A stretch of DNA of 63,673 bases from Elusimicrobia bacterium LH_S2. Its GTDB lineage: Bacteria; CG03; SLGR01; JAGXOG01. Below, one piece after another: positions 62,978-63,673 of this stretch. Below the pieces are notes generated by a model. The model made no database searches. It was not told where the DNA came from and saw only the letters and a program-made list of their open reading frames with translations. Position 1 is the stretch's first letter. Every line of letters begins with the position of its first letter. The position numbers and the translations under genes are program-made. The stretch lies in NCBI GenBank assembly GCA_023660015.1, contig JAGXOG010000001.1, positions 1-63,673 on the forward strand, read 5' to 3'.

Positions 62978-63673
62978 ATGACTACTGACAGCAGATTAAA
63001 AACAGCGTCCGATAAAGTATCAGAAATTATAGAAGAACAACCCGAAATAGGTTTAATATTCGGAAGCGGCCTCGGTTCGCTTGCCGACGAATTTGAAAAT
63101 CTAAAGAAAAAAAGTTTTAAGGATATACCTGATTTCCCCGAATCTACCGTTGAAGGCCACAAAGGGGAATATGTTTTCGGCAAGTTAAACGGAGTCAACG
63201 TTCTGGCTCTTTCGGGGCGGATACATTATTACGAAGGCCATACTATACAGGAGGTCTGTTTTCCTCTAAAAGTTATGGCCGAATGCGGAATTAAAAAACT
63301 CATAGTCAGCAACGCCGGAGGCGGCGTAAATGAAAAATTTACCCCTGGAGATATCGTTATAATAAAAGATCACATAAATTTTATGGGTAACAATCCACTC
63401 ATAGGCGCAGCGGATTTTATAGATATGACCGACGCTTACAACAGCGAGCTCAGAAAGATTGCTGCTGCTGTGGGAAAAAAGCAGAGTATAGATTTAAAAA
63501 GAGGGGTCTATATGGCAAACAGCGGCCCTTCGTATGAGACCCCGGCAGAAATAAGAATGGCCAGAACTATAGGGGCCGATATAGTGGGCATGTCCACTGT
63601 CCCGGAAGTTATTATGGCCAATAAATACGGTATTAAAGTCCTTGGGTTTTCCATGATTACAAATATGGCCGCA
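62978..63673 (+). CDS. punA: Purine nucleoside phosphorylase (PunA/PNP-MTAP family), 3'-truncated by the window edge
   Basis: This ORF is not in the ORF track because no stop is reached. From the ATG at 62978 it reads MTTDSRLKTASDKVSEIIEEQPEIGLIFGSGLGSLAD...EGHKGEYVFGKLNGVNVLALSGRIHYYEGH...SNAGGGVN...GPSYETPAE...GADIVGMSTVPE. Confidence 0.85.
   Translation, partial: MTTDSRLKTASDKVSEIIEEQPEIGLIFGSGLGSLADEFENLKKKSFKDIPDFPESTVEGHKGEYVFGKLNGVNVLALSGRIHYYEGHTIQEVCFPLKVMAECGIKKLIVSNAGGGVNEKFTPGDIVIIKDHINFMGNNPLIGAADFIDMTDAYNSELRKIAAAVGKKQSIDLKRGVYMANSGPSYETPAEIRMARTIGADIVGMSTVPEVIMANKYGIKVLGFSMITNMAA

Overview
This is a 63.7-kb AT-rich bacterial chromosomal segment, probably from an uncultivated lineage, though taxonomy cannot be established from sequence alone. 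Every credible gene lies on the + strand. No rRNA, tRNA, tmRNA or CRISPR array was seen. Contents, left to right: (1) Nt 1-13314 is the 3' 13.3 kb of a giant gene whose frame is open to the window edge (more than 4,430 aa). It encodes an extracellular mosaic protein with FN3/Ig-like repeats, an embedded double-HKD (PLD-superfamily) module and two lamin-tail-domain modules. (2) Housekeeping and envelope genes follow: sucrose-phosphate-synthase-like GT4 plus a uridine-kinase-family kinase, LysM, NlpC/P60, dprA-topA-xerC, a PASTA protein, rpe, a GldA/F/G-like ABC exporter, smpB, polA, coaE and rho. (3) A nucleoside-scavenging set comprises a membrane 5'-nucleotidase, an approximately 320-nt GC-rich structured leader RNA, and a NupC-type transporter with a large extra transmembrane insertion. 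(4) A GAF-GGDEF cyclase follows. (5) A sugar-phosphate-utilisation (SPU)-type bacterial microcompartment locus spans 41251-50838: TPI, PduL, 3 BMC-H, 3 BMC-P, a PduT-like BMC-T, acylating aldehyde dehydrogenase, a PduS-like protein, two RpiB paralogs and a DERA fusion. (6) A tightly coupled 7-gene operon spans 51251-57948. It contains a DnaA-derived AAA+ protein that lacks the DNA-binding domain IV and carries two zinc ribbons, a paralogous acidic partner, a histidine kinase, a pseudo-receiver and a CheY-like regulator. (7) The window ends with tkt, ade, deoB and 3'-truncated punA. Seven co-oriented copies or fragments of a roughly 160-260-bp near-palindromic MITE-like repeat family are scattered through intergenic spaces, three of them in or beside the BMC locus. 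They include a nested insertion with a visible 6-bp target duplication, and one copy that supplies the C-terminus and stop codon of a shell protein. The most interesting candidates are the DnaA-like operon, the MITE family, the structured nupC leader, the SPU BMC with its shared N-terminal targeting-like peptides, and the giant PLD/LTD protein.
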